In this document: in pieces, positions 1-9,739 of the stretch
Layout: the number at the start of each line of letters is the position of its first letter
Numbering within the stretch: the first letter of the stretch is position 1
Source of the DNA: an uncultured Candidatus Binatia bacterium
GTDB taxonomy: Bacteria; Desulfobacterota; Binatia; Bin18
Reading direction: 5' to 3'
Assembly (NCBI GenBank): GCA_965200965.1
Contig: OZ241744.1
Span: 1,408,001-1,472,000, forward strand
DNA length: 64,000 bases
Translations under genes and position numbers: made by a program
Notes under the pieces: model-generated
What the model saw: only the letters and a program-made list of their open reading frames with translations
Told to the model about the DNA's origin: nothing
Database searches by the model: none

Positions 1-111
1 CCGCCAGCTTAAGGCGGCAGCGTATTTCCGACACAGGCCGTCAATTCTGGTAAACGCCAAATACGTCCAGGGGCTGGAATAGTCATAAAAAAATTCGACC
101 TGAGCGGCCAT
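1..111 (-). CDS. 2-hydroxychromene-2-carboxylate isomerase / DsbA-like (GST-kappa) protein, N-terminus (runs off window)
   Basis: Not in ORF track; translated by hand: MAAQVEFFYDYSSPWTYLAFTRI..., with AAGGAG RBS upstream; FxYDxxSPWxY motif. Confidence 0.8.
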   Translation of the reverse strand, partial: MAAQVEFFYDYSSPWTYLAFTRIDGLCRKYAAALSWR

Positions 112-883
112 GTGGGCTCTCCTTTGCAAGCGGCTGAGGGGTTAAGAAATCGGCGATCAGCCGGTTCATTGCCGGGGCATGGGCGAGGTGGATATTGTGT
201 TTGCCGTCGGGAAAAAGATGCAGTAGCGAGCCGGCAATGCCCTGGTGCAAGACATCTGCATGAAAGCGCGGGACGAGCGGGTCTTTTTCACCGTGTAGAA
301 GAAGAGTCGGACACCGAATCTCGGCCAGGCGCTGGCGGCATACCTCACCCCCGGCTTTGTACAGGGCGTACATCACGTCGCACCAGCCCGTCCACAGCTC
401 CTGGAGTTCATCGCCGTACAGCGCACCCATTGCCTGGCGCATCCGGGGGGACCAGGACGACAGGGATCGGGTTTTTTCATAGCACTCAATATCGTGGCGG
501 CTGATGTGGGCGTTGCCGCCCCACACGACGAGTTTTTCGACCCGCCGGGGATGGGCCAGGGTCAGCAGCAGACCGATGATCGCGCCATCGCTCCAGCCCC
601 CAACAGCGTAGGACTCACAGCCCAGATGGGCCATCAGGGCCGCGCAGTCTTCGGCATCCCGGTGGTAGAAATCCAGCGGAAAATCGCGCTTGGGCGGGCG
701 TGACTTGCCATAGCCACGCGGGTCAAAGGCAATGACCCGCACCCCCATCCCGGGCAACTGTTCAAGCTGTGGGCCGAAGTCCGACTGGCCGGTTCCAAGT
801 GCACCGGGAATCAAGACCAGCGGCACGCCGTGTCCGCGGTCTTCGTAGTACAGCCTGACTCCCCGGAGCTGTGCATACGGCAT
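83..883 (-). CDS. alpha/beta hydrolase (BPHL/valacyclovir hydrolase-like)
   Basis: GWSDG nucleophile elbow, DPRGYG, C-terminal HNIH; ATG 883 with GAGGAG RBS. Confidence 0.85.
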   Translation of the reverse strand: MPYAQLRGVRLYYEDRGHGVPLVLIPGALGTGQSDFGPQLEQLPGMGVRVIAFDPRGYGKSRPPKRDFPLDFYHRDAEDCAALMAHLGCESYAVGGWSDGAIIGLLLTLAHPRRVEKLVVWGGNAHISRHDIECYEKTRSLSSWSPRMRQAMGALYGDELQELWTGWCDVMYALYKAGGEVCRQRLAEIRCPTLLLHGEKDPLVPRFHADVLHQGIAGSLLHLFPDGKHNIHLAHAPAMNRLIADFLTPQPLAKESPHGRSGRIFL

Positions 884-1021
884 GTCTTCGCCTCCTCGCC
901 CTACACTGATACCACAATCGTGGCCAGGAGAGAACCGGGGGGTGGCTGTCTTGCAGAAGCCGCCTGTCTCTGCCACAGTACACGGGGTACCGCAAGGACC
1001 GCTGGACGGCGAGAGGGGCGT

Positions 1022-1618
1022 ATGAAAACCATAGGATTGACTGGCGGGATTGGCTCGGGCAAGAGCACCGTCTCTCAGCTGCTGGCAGAACTCGGCGCGC
1101 TTGTCATTGACGCCGATACAGTCGGCCACGAAATCTATCTGCCGGGCAAGGAAGCCTGGAAGCAGGTCACGGGTGCCTTCGGCCCGGAGATTGTGGCCGC
1201 GGATCAAACTATTGACCGGAAAAAACTCGGCGCGATTGTGTTTGGCAGCCCCGAGGCGCTCCAGCGCTTAAACGCCATTGTCCATCCCCTGATGTTCCAG
1301 GACATCGCCCGGCGTATCCAGGACAAACGCGCCGCGGGGTTCTCTGAGCCTATCGTGGTGGAGGCGGCCATTCTGATCGAGGCCAACTGGATGCCCCTGG
1401 TTGACGAGGTGTGGCTGGTCGAAGCCAGCACCCAGGCCGTGGTTGAGCGCGTCACCGCACAACGCGGCTTGGCGGCCAGCGAGACCGAGGCCCGCATTGC
1501 CAGCCAGTTGTCCAAGGCCGAACGGCGCAAACACGCCCAGATCGTTATCCATAATGACGGATCGCTGGCCGACCTCAAGCGCCGGATCAATCGGGCCTGG
1601 GAGCGGCTGTCAGCATGA
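1022..1618 (+). CDS. coaE: dephospho-CoA kinase
   Basis: IGLTGGIGSGKST P-loop, IDAD, LNAIVHP motifs. Confidence 0.95.
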   Translation: MKTIGLTGGIGSGKSTVSQLLAELGALVIDADTVGHEIYLPGKEAWKQVTGAFGPEIVAADQTIDRKKLGAIVFGSPEALQRLNAIVHPLMFQDIARRIQDKRAAGFSEPIVVEAAILIEANWMPLVDEVWLVEASTQAVVERVTAQRGLAASETEARIASQLSKAERRKHAQIVIHNDGSLADLKRRINRAWERLSA

Positions 1619-2280
1619 GAGGCCTGGCAGTCACAGGCGTCATCTTTGATATGGACGGCACCCTGGCCGACTCGGTGGAATACTTCTACCGGGTCTCGCT
1701 GGAAGTCCTGGAGATTGCCGGCGTCCCCCCGCCCTCCCGGGAGCGGGTGTACGCGCTGATGCGGGCCGGGGATGACAATCCGCTGCTCAAGCTCTTTCCG
1801 CCCGACCATCCAGACCCGGCGGCCACCCTCAAGCGCATTGTTGACGACCGGATGGACGCCTGGATGGCACACTATCACCACAAGACCGCGGCCATTCCGG
1901 GCAGTCTGGAACTGCTCAAGCATCTGCACACCCGAGGGCTGCGGCTCGGCATTGCCACCTCTTCGGGCCGTGCGCTGCCGTTTCTGGATCACTGGGGGGT
2001 CCGCCGTCTGTTCAGCGGCATTATCGGCCGGGAGGATGTTGAGCACAAAAAGCCGCACCCTGAGCCGATTCTCAGGTGTCTGGAGCGCCTCGCCCTCCAG
2101 CCGCACGAGGCGGTGTATATCGGCGACTCGCCAATTGACGTGCAGGCCAGCCGGGCCGCGGGTTCGCATACCGTCGGGGTGTTGACCGGCACCAGCGACC
2201 GGGCGGTCATGCTGCACCACGCGCCGGACTATATTCTGGACAGTGTGGTCGAACTGCCCGATATCCTCGCCACGCACTAG
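1615..2280 (+). CDS. HAD-family hydrolase
   Basis: FDMDGTL, KPHP, IGDSPID motifs. Confidence 0.9.
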   Translation: MRGLAVTGVIFDMDGTLADSVEYFYRVSLEVLEIAGVPPPSRERVYALMRAGDDNPLLKLFPPDHPDPAATLKRIVDDRMDAWMAHYHHKTAAIPGSLELLKHLHTRGLRLGIATSSGRALPFLDHWGVRRLFSGIIGREDVEHKKPHPEPILRCLERLALQPHEAVYIGDSPIDVQASRAAGSHTVGVLTGTSDRAVMLHHAPDYILDSVVELPDILATH

Positions 2281-2292
2281 AGAGGACAGACA

Positions 2293-2760
2293 ATGGGACA
2301 TCTGCTTGGCATCGCCGTGCGCCGCGCTTCACGCGCGCCAATGGAAACCCGAGACCAGACCCACATCAGCCAACACAGCGGTCTTCAGGGCGACTATCGG
2401 GGCAAATACGGCCCGCGTCAGATCACCGTCCTGTCTCAAGAGGCGTGGCAGGCCGCCTGTCAGGACCTCCGGGTCGAGCTGCCGTGGACGGCCCGCCGGG
2501 CCAACCTGCTCATCAGTGGCATTAAGCTAGAGCAAACGACCCGCCACATTCTGCGCATCGGCCCGATCAGACTGACCATTACCGGCGAAACCGACCCCTG
2601 CCAGCGGATGGACATGCAGCACCTGGGGTTACGCCAAGCCCTCGTCCCGGCTTGGCGGGGCGGGGTCACATGTTTTGTCCTGAGCGAGGGCGAGATTCGT
2701 CTTGGCGATGAGATCGAGTTGCTGTCCGATAGAGATTGTATGGATCGGACTTTGCTCTAA
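2293..2760 (+). CDS. MOSC domain protein
   Basis: RRANLL, PCxRM, WRGG motifs. Confidence 0.85.
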   Translation: MGHLLGIAVRRASRAPMETRDQTHISQHSGLQGDYRGKYGPRQITVLSQEAWQAACQDLRVELPWTARRANLLISGIKLEQTTRHILRIGPIRLTITGETDPCQRMDMQHLGLRQALVPAWRGGVTCFVLSEGEIRLGDEIELLSDRDCMDRTLL

Positions 2761-3296
2761 CCCTCCAGCGTCCACACATCGCACCACACCTCCGCCGGCC
2801 GGCCCGGTCCAGGTAGAGACAGGGTGCGTATCGTGGCCGCTACCCCCAGGGGCACGGCCTCAGCCGCCAGGGCTTTCAGTCGCGCGATAACGCTGGCCGG
2901 CAAACGGCCAAGCGGAACGCGCTGCGGAACATCCCCCCTGTCCCGCCACTCGCCACGCACCGCTATCGTGTCTTCATCCAGATATTCCAGCGACAGCCGG
3001 CGCGCCTGGCCAGTCATAAAGGTGGTAATGCGCCCCGCTTCCGCGGCCTGCGACAGCCCTTCCAGGCGGACATTTTCGGCCAGCCGCGGGGTGAGATAGG
3101 CGACCGAATACGGGGACAGCCTCGGCGGGGTGTCTGCCGTAGCAAACAGCCCGCCGGGGTCCTGACGCAAGCGGATGAGAGACGGCCCATCCGTCACCAG
3201 GCGGAAGGCCCGCTCATACGGAACGGTGACCGCATCGTCTGGGCTGTCAAGCAGCAAAATCTCTTCGGACCGCGAACGCTCGCCAGGCATCTTCAT
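2757..3296 (-). CDS. hypothetical protein (weak HIRAN-like C-terminus)
   Basis: 179-aa ORF tightly packed behind the SDR gene. Confidence 0.5.
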   Translation of the reverse strand: MKMPGERSRSEEILLLDSPDDAVTVPYERAFRLVTDGPSLIRLRQDPGGLFATADTPPRLSPYSVAYLTPRLAENVRLEGLSQAAEAGRITTFMTGQARRLSLEYLDEDTIAVRGEWRDRGDVPQRVPLGRLPASVIARLKALAAEAVPLGVAATIRTLSLPGPGRPAEVWCDVWTLEG

Positions 3297-3298
3297 CG

Positions 3299-4069
3299 CT
3301 AAATCAACGACCGCGACTGACAGCCATCAACGGTAATACACGCCCCGGATACCCAGTTTGCCCGGCCCGAAGCCAGGAACACCACCACGTCAGCCACCTC
3401 CTCCACCGTGCCAAAGCGGCCGGCTGGCAGCTCGGCCTTGATGAACGCCGCAATGCCCTCCGGGTTCTGCTGCTGACGCCGCTCCCACGACCCGCCGGGA
3501 AACAGAATCGAGCCAGGCGCAACGCTGTTGACCCGCACGCCGTGCGGGGCCAGCTCACGGGCCATTTCTTTGGACAGGCTGATCATGGCGGCTTTGGAGG
3601 CGTTATACGTCATCGGTCCGCCCCACTCGCGGCCATAGATCGAACTGATGTTGATCACGCAGCCGCTCCCCTGCTCCCGCATAGCCGGCACAGCCAGCCG
3701 ACACAGCTCGAGCGCTGAAAAGAAATTGAGATCAAAACCCTTGTGCCAGTCCTCACCCGAGGCATCCAGGTTCCCGCCCGGACGCGAGCCGCCAACATTG
3801 TTGACCAGGATGTCGATAGCCCCGTACTCCCGGCGCGTGGCCTCAACCCAGCCCTTGGTCTGGATCTCGTTCGAGACATCAAGGGCGGTGGTCAGGACCC
3901 GGCCGCCCCGACCGCGGATTGCCTCGGCCGTCTGCTCCAACGCTTCCCGGCCCCGCGCACAGACGCTGAGGCGGCAGCCCTCGGCAGCCAAGCCCAGCGC
4001 AATCGCCTTGCCGATCCCGCGGCTGGCCCCGCTGACCATTGCGACTTTCCCTGCAAGTCCCAACTCCAT
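3299..4069 (-). CDS. SDR family oxidoreductase
   Basis: SGASRGIG, NNVG, YNASK. Confidence 0.9.
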   Translation of the reverse strand: MELGLAGKVAMVSGASRGIGKAIALGLAAEGCRLSVCARGREALEQTAEAIRGRGGRVLTTALDVSNEIQTKGWVEATRREYGAIDILVNNVGGSRPGGNLDASGEDWHKGFDLNFFSALELCRLAVPAMREQGSGCVINISSIYGREWGGPMTYNASKAAMISLSKEMARELAPHGVRVNSVAPGSILFPGGSWERRQQQNPEGIAAFIKAELPAGRFGTVEEVADVVVFLASGRANWVSGACITVDGCQSRSLI

Positions 4070-4219
4070 AACTCCCTCCGCTGTGTATCCTGCCGGTCTA
4101 CATAGCCTGTGTGCGGCTGGGCTGCCAGAGCCCGAACAAGAGCCCCACTAACTCTTGCCAGCATCCGACCTGTCCAGATAGACTGGACGGCGGCTCACAA
4201 CACAGCAGGGAGGGAGAAT

Positions 4220-4942
4220 ATGCCAGAGCATTTTGTGCTGGACAAAGACGGTCGGATTGCCACCCTGACCTTTAACCGGCCCGAAAAACGCAATCCGCTG
4301 AACGAGGCGATCTTGCACGAACTCGAAGGGCTGCTCCATCAGGTCCGCGATGACCCCGCGGTTCGGGTCATGATCTTCACCGGCACGGGCAACACCTTTT
4401 GTGCCGGAGCCGACCTGAGCCAGACCAGGGGGGTCGCCGACAGGCACGAGCGGGAACGTATCTTCGCCAGCTATCGGCAACGCCGGGGGCGGCTGGTCGG
4501 ACGTATTCTGCACACCCTGGTCCACCTTGAGCCGATGACCATTGCGGCCATCAACGGCTATGCGGTCGGCGGTGGCTGGGCGCTGGCCCTGGGCTGTGAT
4601 CTTCGGCTCGCGGTGGAGGAGGCCCAATTCTGGTTTCCCGAAGTAGACCTCGGGGTGCCGCTCAGCCCCGATTCAACCGCCCTGCTGACCGCCCATGTCG
4701 GCCCAACGCTGGCCAAGGAGATCATCATCACCTGCCGCCGGTATATGGCCGAAGAATTGGTCCCCCTGGGGCTGCTTAACCGGGTGGTCAAAAGGGATGC
4801 GCTTACGGCCACAGTACGCGAGCTGGCCGACAGCCTGGTGGACAAGAATCCCCAAGCCGTGGTCGCCTCCAAGGCGACGGTCAATGCCGCGGCGTTCGGA
4901 GGGGCGGTCGTCAGCCCGGACCTGCTCCTGAGCAGGGACTAG
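4220..4942 (+). CDS. enoyl-CoA hydratase/isomerase family
   Basis: NRPEKRN, FCAGADL, AVGGG, PEVDLG. Confidence 0.9.
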   Translation: MPEHFVLDKDGRIATLTFNRPEKRNPLNEAILHELEGLLHQVRDDPAVRVMIFTGTGNTFCAGADLSQTRGVADRHERERIFASYRQRRGRLVGRILHTLVHLEPMTIAAINGYAVGGGWALALGCDLRLAVEEAQFWFPEVDLGVPLSPDSTALLTAHVGPTLAKEIIITCRRYMAEELVPLGLLNRVVKRDALTATVRELADSLVDKNPQAVVASKATVNAAAFGGAVVSPDLLLSRD

Positions 4943-5014
4943 CAGGGCCTGAGGCATGGGGGGAAAGGTTCTGCCCGCTCGCCTGTCGCCTCCGATTCAG
5001 TCAAGGAGAGCCGT

Positions 5015-6169
5015 ATGCCGTCTATGGAACAATGCCCTGAAATCCGTGAAGAGATGCGCAAGCTGTGTCGCAAATATCCAGATGAGTACTGGCGCAGACT
5101 CGATAAAGAGGACGCCTATCCCGCACACTTTGTTCAGGAACTGACCGATGCCGGTTGGCTGGCCGCGCTGATTCCAGAGCAGTACGGTGGCTCGGGCCTG
5201 ACGGTTCGGGAAGCCAGCGTGATCCTCGAAGAAATCAACCGCTCGGGCGGCAACGCCGCCGCCTGTCACGCCCAGATGTATATCATGGGTGCCCTGCTCC
5301 GCCACGGCAGCAACGAACAAAAAGCGCGCTACCTGCCCAAAATTGCCAGCGGTGAGATCCGCCTCCAGGCGTTTGGCGTCACCGAGCCGAACGCCGGCTC
5401 AGACACGACCCGGCTCGAAACCTTCGCCCGCAAGGACGGGGACTATTATATTGTGAATGGGGCCAAGATTTTTATCTCCCGCGTCCAGCACTCCGACATG
5501 ATGCTGCTGCTGGCCCGGACCACGCCGGCAGCCGAGTGTCCCAAAAAGACACTGGGGCTGAGCGTGTTCCTGGTTGATCTGAAACAGGCCGGCAACGCGC
5601 TTGAGGTGCGAAAAATTGACGCCATGATCAACCATGAAACCAACCAGCTCTTTTTCCACGACCTCAAGGTTCCCAAAGAAAATCTGATCGGCGAAGAAAA
5701 CCGGGGCTTCTCCTATATTCTGGATGGCATGAACGCCGAGCGTATTCTGGTCGCGGCCGAGTCGGTTGGCGACGCGCGCTGGTTTATCGACCGCGCCGTC
5801 ACCTACGGCAAGGAGCGCGTCATCTTTGGCCGCCCGATCGCCCAGAACCAGGGCATCCAGTTTCCGCTCGCCCAGGCCTACGCCCAGACCGAGGCCGCCG
5901 ACCTGATGCGGTTTCGGGCCGCCGAGCTGTTCGACACCGGCCAGCCGTGCGGACCCGAGGCCAACATGGCCAAGCTGCTGTGTGCCCAAGCCGCCTGGGC
6001 CGCGGCCAACGCCGCCCTCGACACCCACGGCGGCTACGGCTTTGCCGCCGAGTATGACGTGGAGCGCAAGTTCCGCGAGTGCCGCCTGTTCACCATTGCC
6101 CCAATCTCAAACAATATGGTCCTCAACTATGTGGCCGAGCATGTGCTGGGGATGCCACGCTCGTACTGA
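5015..6169 (+). CDS. acyl-CoA dehydrogenase
   Basis: VTEPNAGSD, NGAKIFIS, HGGYGF. Confidence 0.95.
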   Translation: MPSMEQCPEIREEMRKLCRKYPDEYWRRLDKEDAYPAHFVQELTDAGWLAALIPEQYGGSGLTVREASVILEEINRSGGNAAACHAQMYIMGALLRHGSNEQKARYLPKIASGEIRLQAFGVTEPNAGSDTTRLETFARKDGDYYIVNGAKIFISRVQHSDMMLLLARTTPAAECPKKTLGLSVFLVDLKQAGNALEVRKIDAMINHETNQLFFHDLKVPKENLIGEENRGFSYILDGMNAERILVAAESVGDARWFIDRAVTYGKERVIFGRPIAQNQGIQFPLAQAYAQTEAADLMRFRAAELFDTGQPCGPEANMAKLLCAQAAWAAANAALDTHGGYGFAAEYDVERKFRECRLFTIAPISNNMVLNYVAEHVLGMPRSY

Positions 6170-6218
6170 CTGTGCCCCGCGTCACATGTCTTGAACGCGC
6201 TATCACCCAGGAGGCAGC

Positions 6219-7448
6219 ATGGGAGCACTGACCGATAAGTACTGCATTGTTGGAGTCGGCGAGACGCCGCATATGCGGCCGTCGAACCGCACCACCCTGT
6301 CCATGGCCTGCGAGGCCGTCAAAAAAGCCATGACCGACGCCGGTCTTGGGCCGGGCGACATTGACGGTATGAGCAGTTATCAGGCCGGCGACTCAACCAC
6401 CTCAAACCATGTGGCGAGCTCGTTGGGTATGCGCCTCAACTATTCGGTCGATATCCTGGGCGGCGGCTCAAGTACCGAGGCCCTGCTTGGCAAGACAATC
6501 GGCCTGCTTGAAGCCGGCTACTGCAAAGTCATGGTGATCTTCCGCTCGATGAACGGTCGCTCGGGCCGTCGCATGGGCGGGCAGGCCCCCAGCGGTCCAG
6601 TGCCGCCCACCCGGGCCGCGGAAGACAACCAGTTCATGATGCCCTGGGGCTGGACCTCCCCGGCCCAACGCTTCGGCATGTCGGCCATGCGCTATTTGCG
6701 CGATACCGGCACAAGCACAAAGTCCCTGGCCGAGGTCGCGGTCGCCCACCGGCACCACGCCAGCCTGAACCCCAAGGCCGCCATGCGCCACCCGATCACG
6801 ATTGCGGACCACCAGAACTCGCGCTGGGTTGTCAAACCCTTCCGCCTGCTGGACTGCTGTTTGGAGACCGATGTGTCTGCCGCGCTGATTGTCACCTCGC
6901 GCGAGCGCGCCTACGACCTGCGCCAACCACCGGTGTTCATCATGGGCGGGACCGGCCGCACTATGGCCCCCAACGCGGCCTGGAACTACTCCCGGCCGGA
7001 GATTCACTATGTGGCCGGCAACTATGGCCGCCAACGCTTGTTCGGGATGGCCGGCATCAGCCACAAGGATGTCAACCTGATCTCGTGCTACGACGCCTTC
7101 ACCTTTACTACCCTGATCCAGCTCGAAGCCTACGGCTTCTGCGGCAAAGGCGAAGCCGGCGAGTTTGTCAAAGGCGGACGCCTCCAGATCGATCATCAAC
7201 TGCCCTCAAACCTGTCCGGGGGCCATCTGTCCGAGGGCTATACCCACGGGATCAGCATGGTGATTGAGAATGCCCGCCAACTCCGTCACCGCGCCGACGA
7301 CGCCTGCCCGGGCTGGGCCGAGGGCAAGCACAGCTACGACCGTGAGGCCGGCTGTCGGCAGGTGAGAGACGCCCGGATCGCGGCCTGTCTGGGCTGGGGA
7401 ACGGAAACCATGTCAAGTTCGGCAATTCTGCGCGGGATTGCAGCCTGA
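6219..7448 (+). CDS. thiolase-family (Ltp2/SCP-x-like) protein
   Basis: LLDCCLETD, YDAFT, NLSGGHLSEGY; followed by a DUF35 gene. Confidence 0.85.
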   Translation: MGALTDKYCIVGVGETPHMRPSNRTTLSMACEAVKKAMTDAGLGPGDIDGMSSYQAGDSTTSNHVASSLGMRLNYSVDILGGGSSTEALLGKTIGLLEAGYCKVMVIFRSMNGRSGRRMGGQAPSGPVPPTRAAEDNQFMMPWGWTSPAQRFGMSAMRYLRDTGTSTKSLAEVAVAHRHHASLNPKAAMRHPITIADHQNSRWVVKPFRLLDCCLETDVSAALIVTSRERAYDLRQPPVFIMGGTGRTMAPNAAWNYSRPEIHYVAGNYGRQRLFGMAGISHKDVNLISCYDAFTFTTLIQLEAYGFCGKGEAGEFVKGGRLQIDHQLPSNLSGGHLSEGYTHGISMVIENARQLRHRADDACPGWAEGKHSYDREAGCRQVRDARIAACLGWGTETMSSSAILRGIAA

Positions 7449-7460
7449 GGAGGGCGGAGT

Positions 7461-7931
7461 ATGCCAGGCCCGATTGATTACAGCAAAATCATGATTGTCC
7501 CGGACTTCGACACAGCCGAATGGTGGCTGGGCACCAAAGTCGGCAAGTATCTGGTGCGCCAGTGCAAGGACTGTGGGCACACCTGGTTCCCGCCCTTCCC
7601 GGCCTGCAATACATGTACCTCAATGAACCTGGGCTGGTTTGAAACGGCCGGCAGAGGCGTATTGCACAGCTATATCGTCGTCACCCAGCCGATTCTGGGT
7701 GCCTTTGTCGAGGCCGTCCCGTATGTCGTCGGCCTGATTGAACTCGACGACTGCCACGAGGCCGACGGCTCGCTGGTCCGCGTTGGCGGCGTACTGCTCG
7801 ACGACGAGGACGCCGTGGCTATCGGCCTGCCGGTCGAGGTCGGGTTTGAGCAAACCAGCGACCCGGATATTGTTGTGCCGCGCTGGAAGATCTGCGGTAC
7901 CGCGGACAATACCTGGAAGTTCACCGGGTAG
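7461..7931 (+). CDS. Zn-ribbon/OB-fold (DUF35) protein
   Basis: CxxC...CxxC plus PYVVGLIEL. Confidence 0.85.
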   Translation: MPGPIDYSKIMIVPDFDTAEWWLGTKVGKYLVRQCKDCGHTWFPPFPACNTCTSMNLGWFETAGRGVLHSYIVVTQPILGAFVEAVPYVVGLIELDDCHEADGSLVRVGGVLLDDEDAVAIGLPVEVGFEQTSDPDIVVPRWKICGTADNTWKFTG

Positions 7932-7961
7932 CGCGGCCAGGCCAATAAGAGGAGACAGACG

Positions 7962-8732
7962 ATGGCTGACGAAATCCTGTGTTCCATCCAAGACAGTATT
8001 GCCACCATCACCATGAACCGGCCCGAGAAACGCAACGCCATGAATAGCGCCTTGCTCGACGGTCTGGTCAGCAACTTCACCGCCCTTGAAACCAATCCGG
8101 ATGTGCGGGTTATCGTCATCCGGGGCGCGGGCAAAGCGTTTTGCGCCGGTCTTGATCTGCGCGAACTCAGCGCCCGCCAGCAGGGCGCTGACGCCGAGAT
8201 GGGCGTGGTCGAGATTCTCCAGATGATCGAGGGCGCACGTCACCCCACTCTTGCTATGGTCCAGGGCGACGCCCTGGCCGGCGGCTGTGAGTTGGCCCTG
8301 CACTGTGACCTGCGGGTCGTGTCAGACCTGGCCCGCTTTGGAATGCCGCTGGCCCGCCTGGGGTTGGTCATTCCCTTCCCGCTGTGCCAAAAGTTGGTCG
8401 AGATCGTCGGCCCGGCCTTCACCAAACAGATTTTGCTGAGCGGCCAGCCGGTCACGGCCACCCGTGCCTACGACATGGGCATGGTGCATCAGGTGGTGCC
8501 GGCCGCCGAACTTGAGCAGGCCACCTATGATCTGGCCCGGACGATTGCCGCCAACGCGCCGCTGTCCCTGTCCGGCATGAAAACCACCATCCACCGCGCG
8601 ATCTCGCTGCGCAAAACAATTGACTATCAGGACTTGCAGCAGATGGCGGCCACAGCACGGACCAGCCAGGATGCCAAAGAGGGGGTCAGGGCCATGCTGG
8701 AGAAACGCAAACCCCAGTTCCGGGGGCTGTAG
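7962..8732 (+). CDS. enoyl-CoA hydratase/isomerase family
   Basis: NRPEKRNA, FCAGLDL, AGGCEL. Confidence 0.9.
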   Translation: MADEILCSIQDSIATITMNRPEKRNAMNSALLDGLVSNFTALETNPDVRVIVIRGAGKAFCAGLDLRELSARQQGADAEMGVVEILQMIEGARHPTLAMVQGDALAGGCELALHCDLRVVSDLARFGMPLARLGLVIPFPLCQKLVEIVGPAFTKQILLSGQPVTATRAYDMGMVHQVVPAAELEQATYDLARTIAANAPLSLSGMKTTIHRAISLRKTIDYQDLQQMAATARTSQDAKEGVRAMLEKRKPQFRGL

Positions 8733-8758
8733 CCGACCTCTGTGCCTGAGGCGCAATC

Positions 8759-9145
8759 GTGCTTGGTCTTGTCCTGACCGTTGGCGGTGGGCTGCTGGGG
8801 CTGGGCGGAGCCGCCTTGCTCCTGTCCGCCAGCGCCTACCTGAGCCGCCGGGGAGAGGCCATGCCCCTGTCCCTCACCCCGCCCAAACGGCTGGTTGTCT
8901 CCGGCCCCTACGCCCATATCCAACACCCCATGCTGCTCGGCGTCTTGTGCCTGGGGCTGGGTGCCGCAGCCTGGTTTCGCTCATCCGGCCTGGGGCTGGC
9001 CGGCGCGGTCTTTGGCCTGGCGGCCCATATGTGGGTCATGCTCGGCGAAGAGCCCCGACTGAAAGAGCGCTTTGGCGAAGACTATGCAGCCTACCAGGCG
9101 GCCACCCCGCGCTGGCTGCCCTTTTTTTCTACGCTCCCGGAATAG
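8759..9145 (+). CDS. isoprenylcysteine/phospholipid methyltransferase-family membrane protein
   Basis: LVVSGPYAHIQHPM, EEPRLKERFGEDY, TPRW. Confidence 0.8.
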   Translation: MLGLVLTVGGGLLGLGGAALLLSASAYLSRRGEAMPLSLTPPKRLVVSGPYAHIQHPMLLGVLCLGLGAAAWFRSSGLGLAGAVFGLAAHMWVMLGEEPRLKERFGEDYAAYQAATPRWLPFFSTLPE

Positions 9146-9155
9146 GGAGGAGTCG

Positions 9156-9702
9156 ATGACCGTTCAGCACGCACCCATGACCGCTGAAGATCTGTTTGCG
9201 CTGCCCGACGACGACCACAGGTATGAGCTGGTCAAAAGAGAGTTGATTCGTCTGGCCCCCACCGGTGGAGAGCATAGAGTGCTGACCGTCCGCGTGGCCT
9301 CTGTCCTGCACGCCTCTGTCCAGGCCAATGATCTCGGTCTTGTCAGTGGCGCGGAAACGGCTTCATCCTTCAGCGCGGCCCCGACAGCGTGCGTACCCCG
9401 GACGCGGCCGGTATTGCCAGGGCACGCATCCCCGCTACCGGCGTTCCCACCGGCTACTGGCCGTTTGCGCCCGGACTTGGCGGTAGAAGTCACCTCTCCC
9501 CCAGATCGCTTCGCCTCGGTACAGACCAAAATCGCCGAGTATTTTTCGGCGGGAACACGGCTGGTGTGGGTCGTGGAGCCGGCCACACGGACGGTCTCCG
9601 TCTATCGCTCACCGCACAATGTGCAGACCCTTGGGGAAGACGATGAACTGAGTGGCGAGGGGGTGCTGCCGGGCTTTCGCTGGGCGGCGGCTGTTCGGCT
9701 GA
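9156..9702 (+). pseudogene. Uma2-family endonuclease with three indels
   Basis: RYELV, PDLAVEV, GTRLVWVV in one frame; VRTPDAAGI..YWPFAP in another; RRLFG* end also out of frame. Confidence 0.7.
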
Positions 9703-9739
9703 GTCGTATGTCTCATATTAGCCCAAGGCGATTTGCGTC

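Noticed and set aside
1204-2301. Long antisense/shadow ORFs (also 5399-6028, 21302-22531, 22565-23572, 40235-41203, 48978-49895, 56216-57412, 58695-59654)
   Set aside because: They overlap well-supported genes on the other strand and are expected in high-GC DNA
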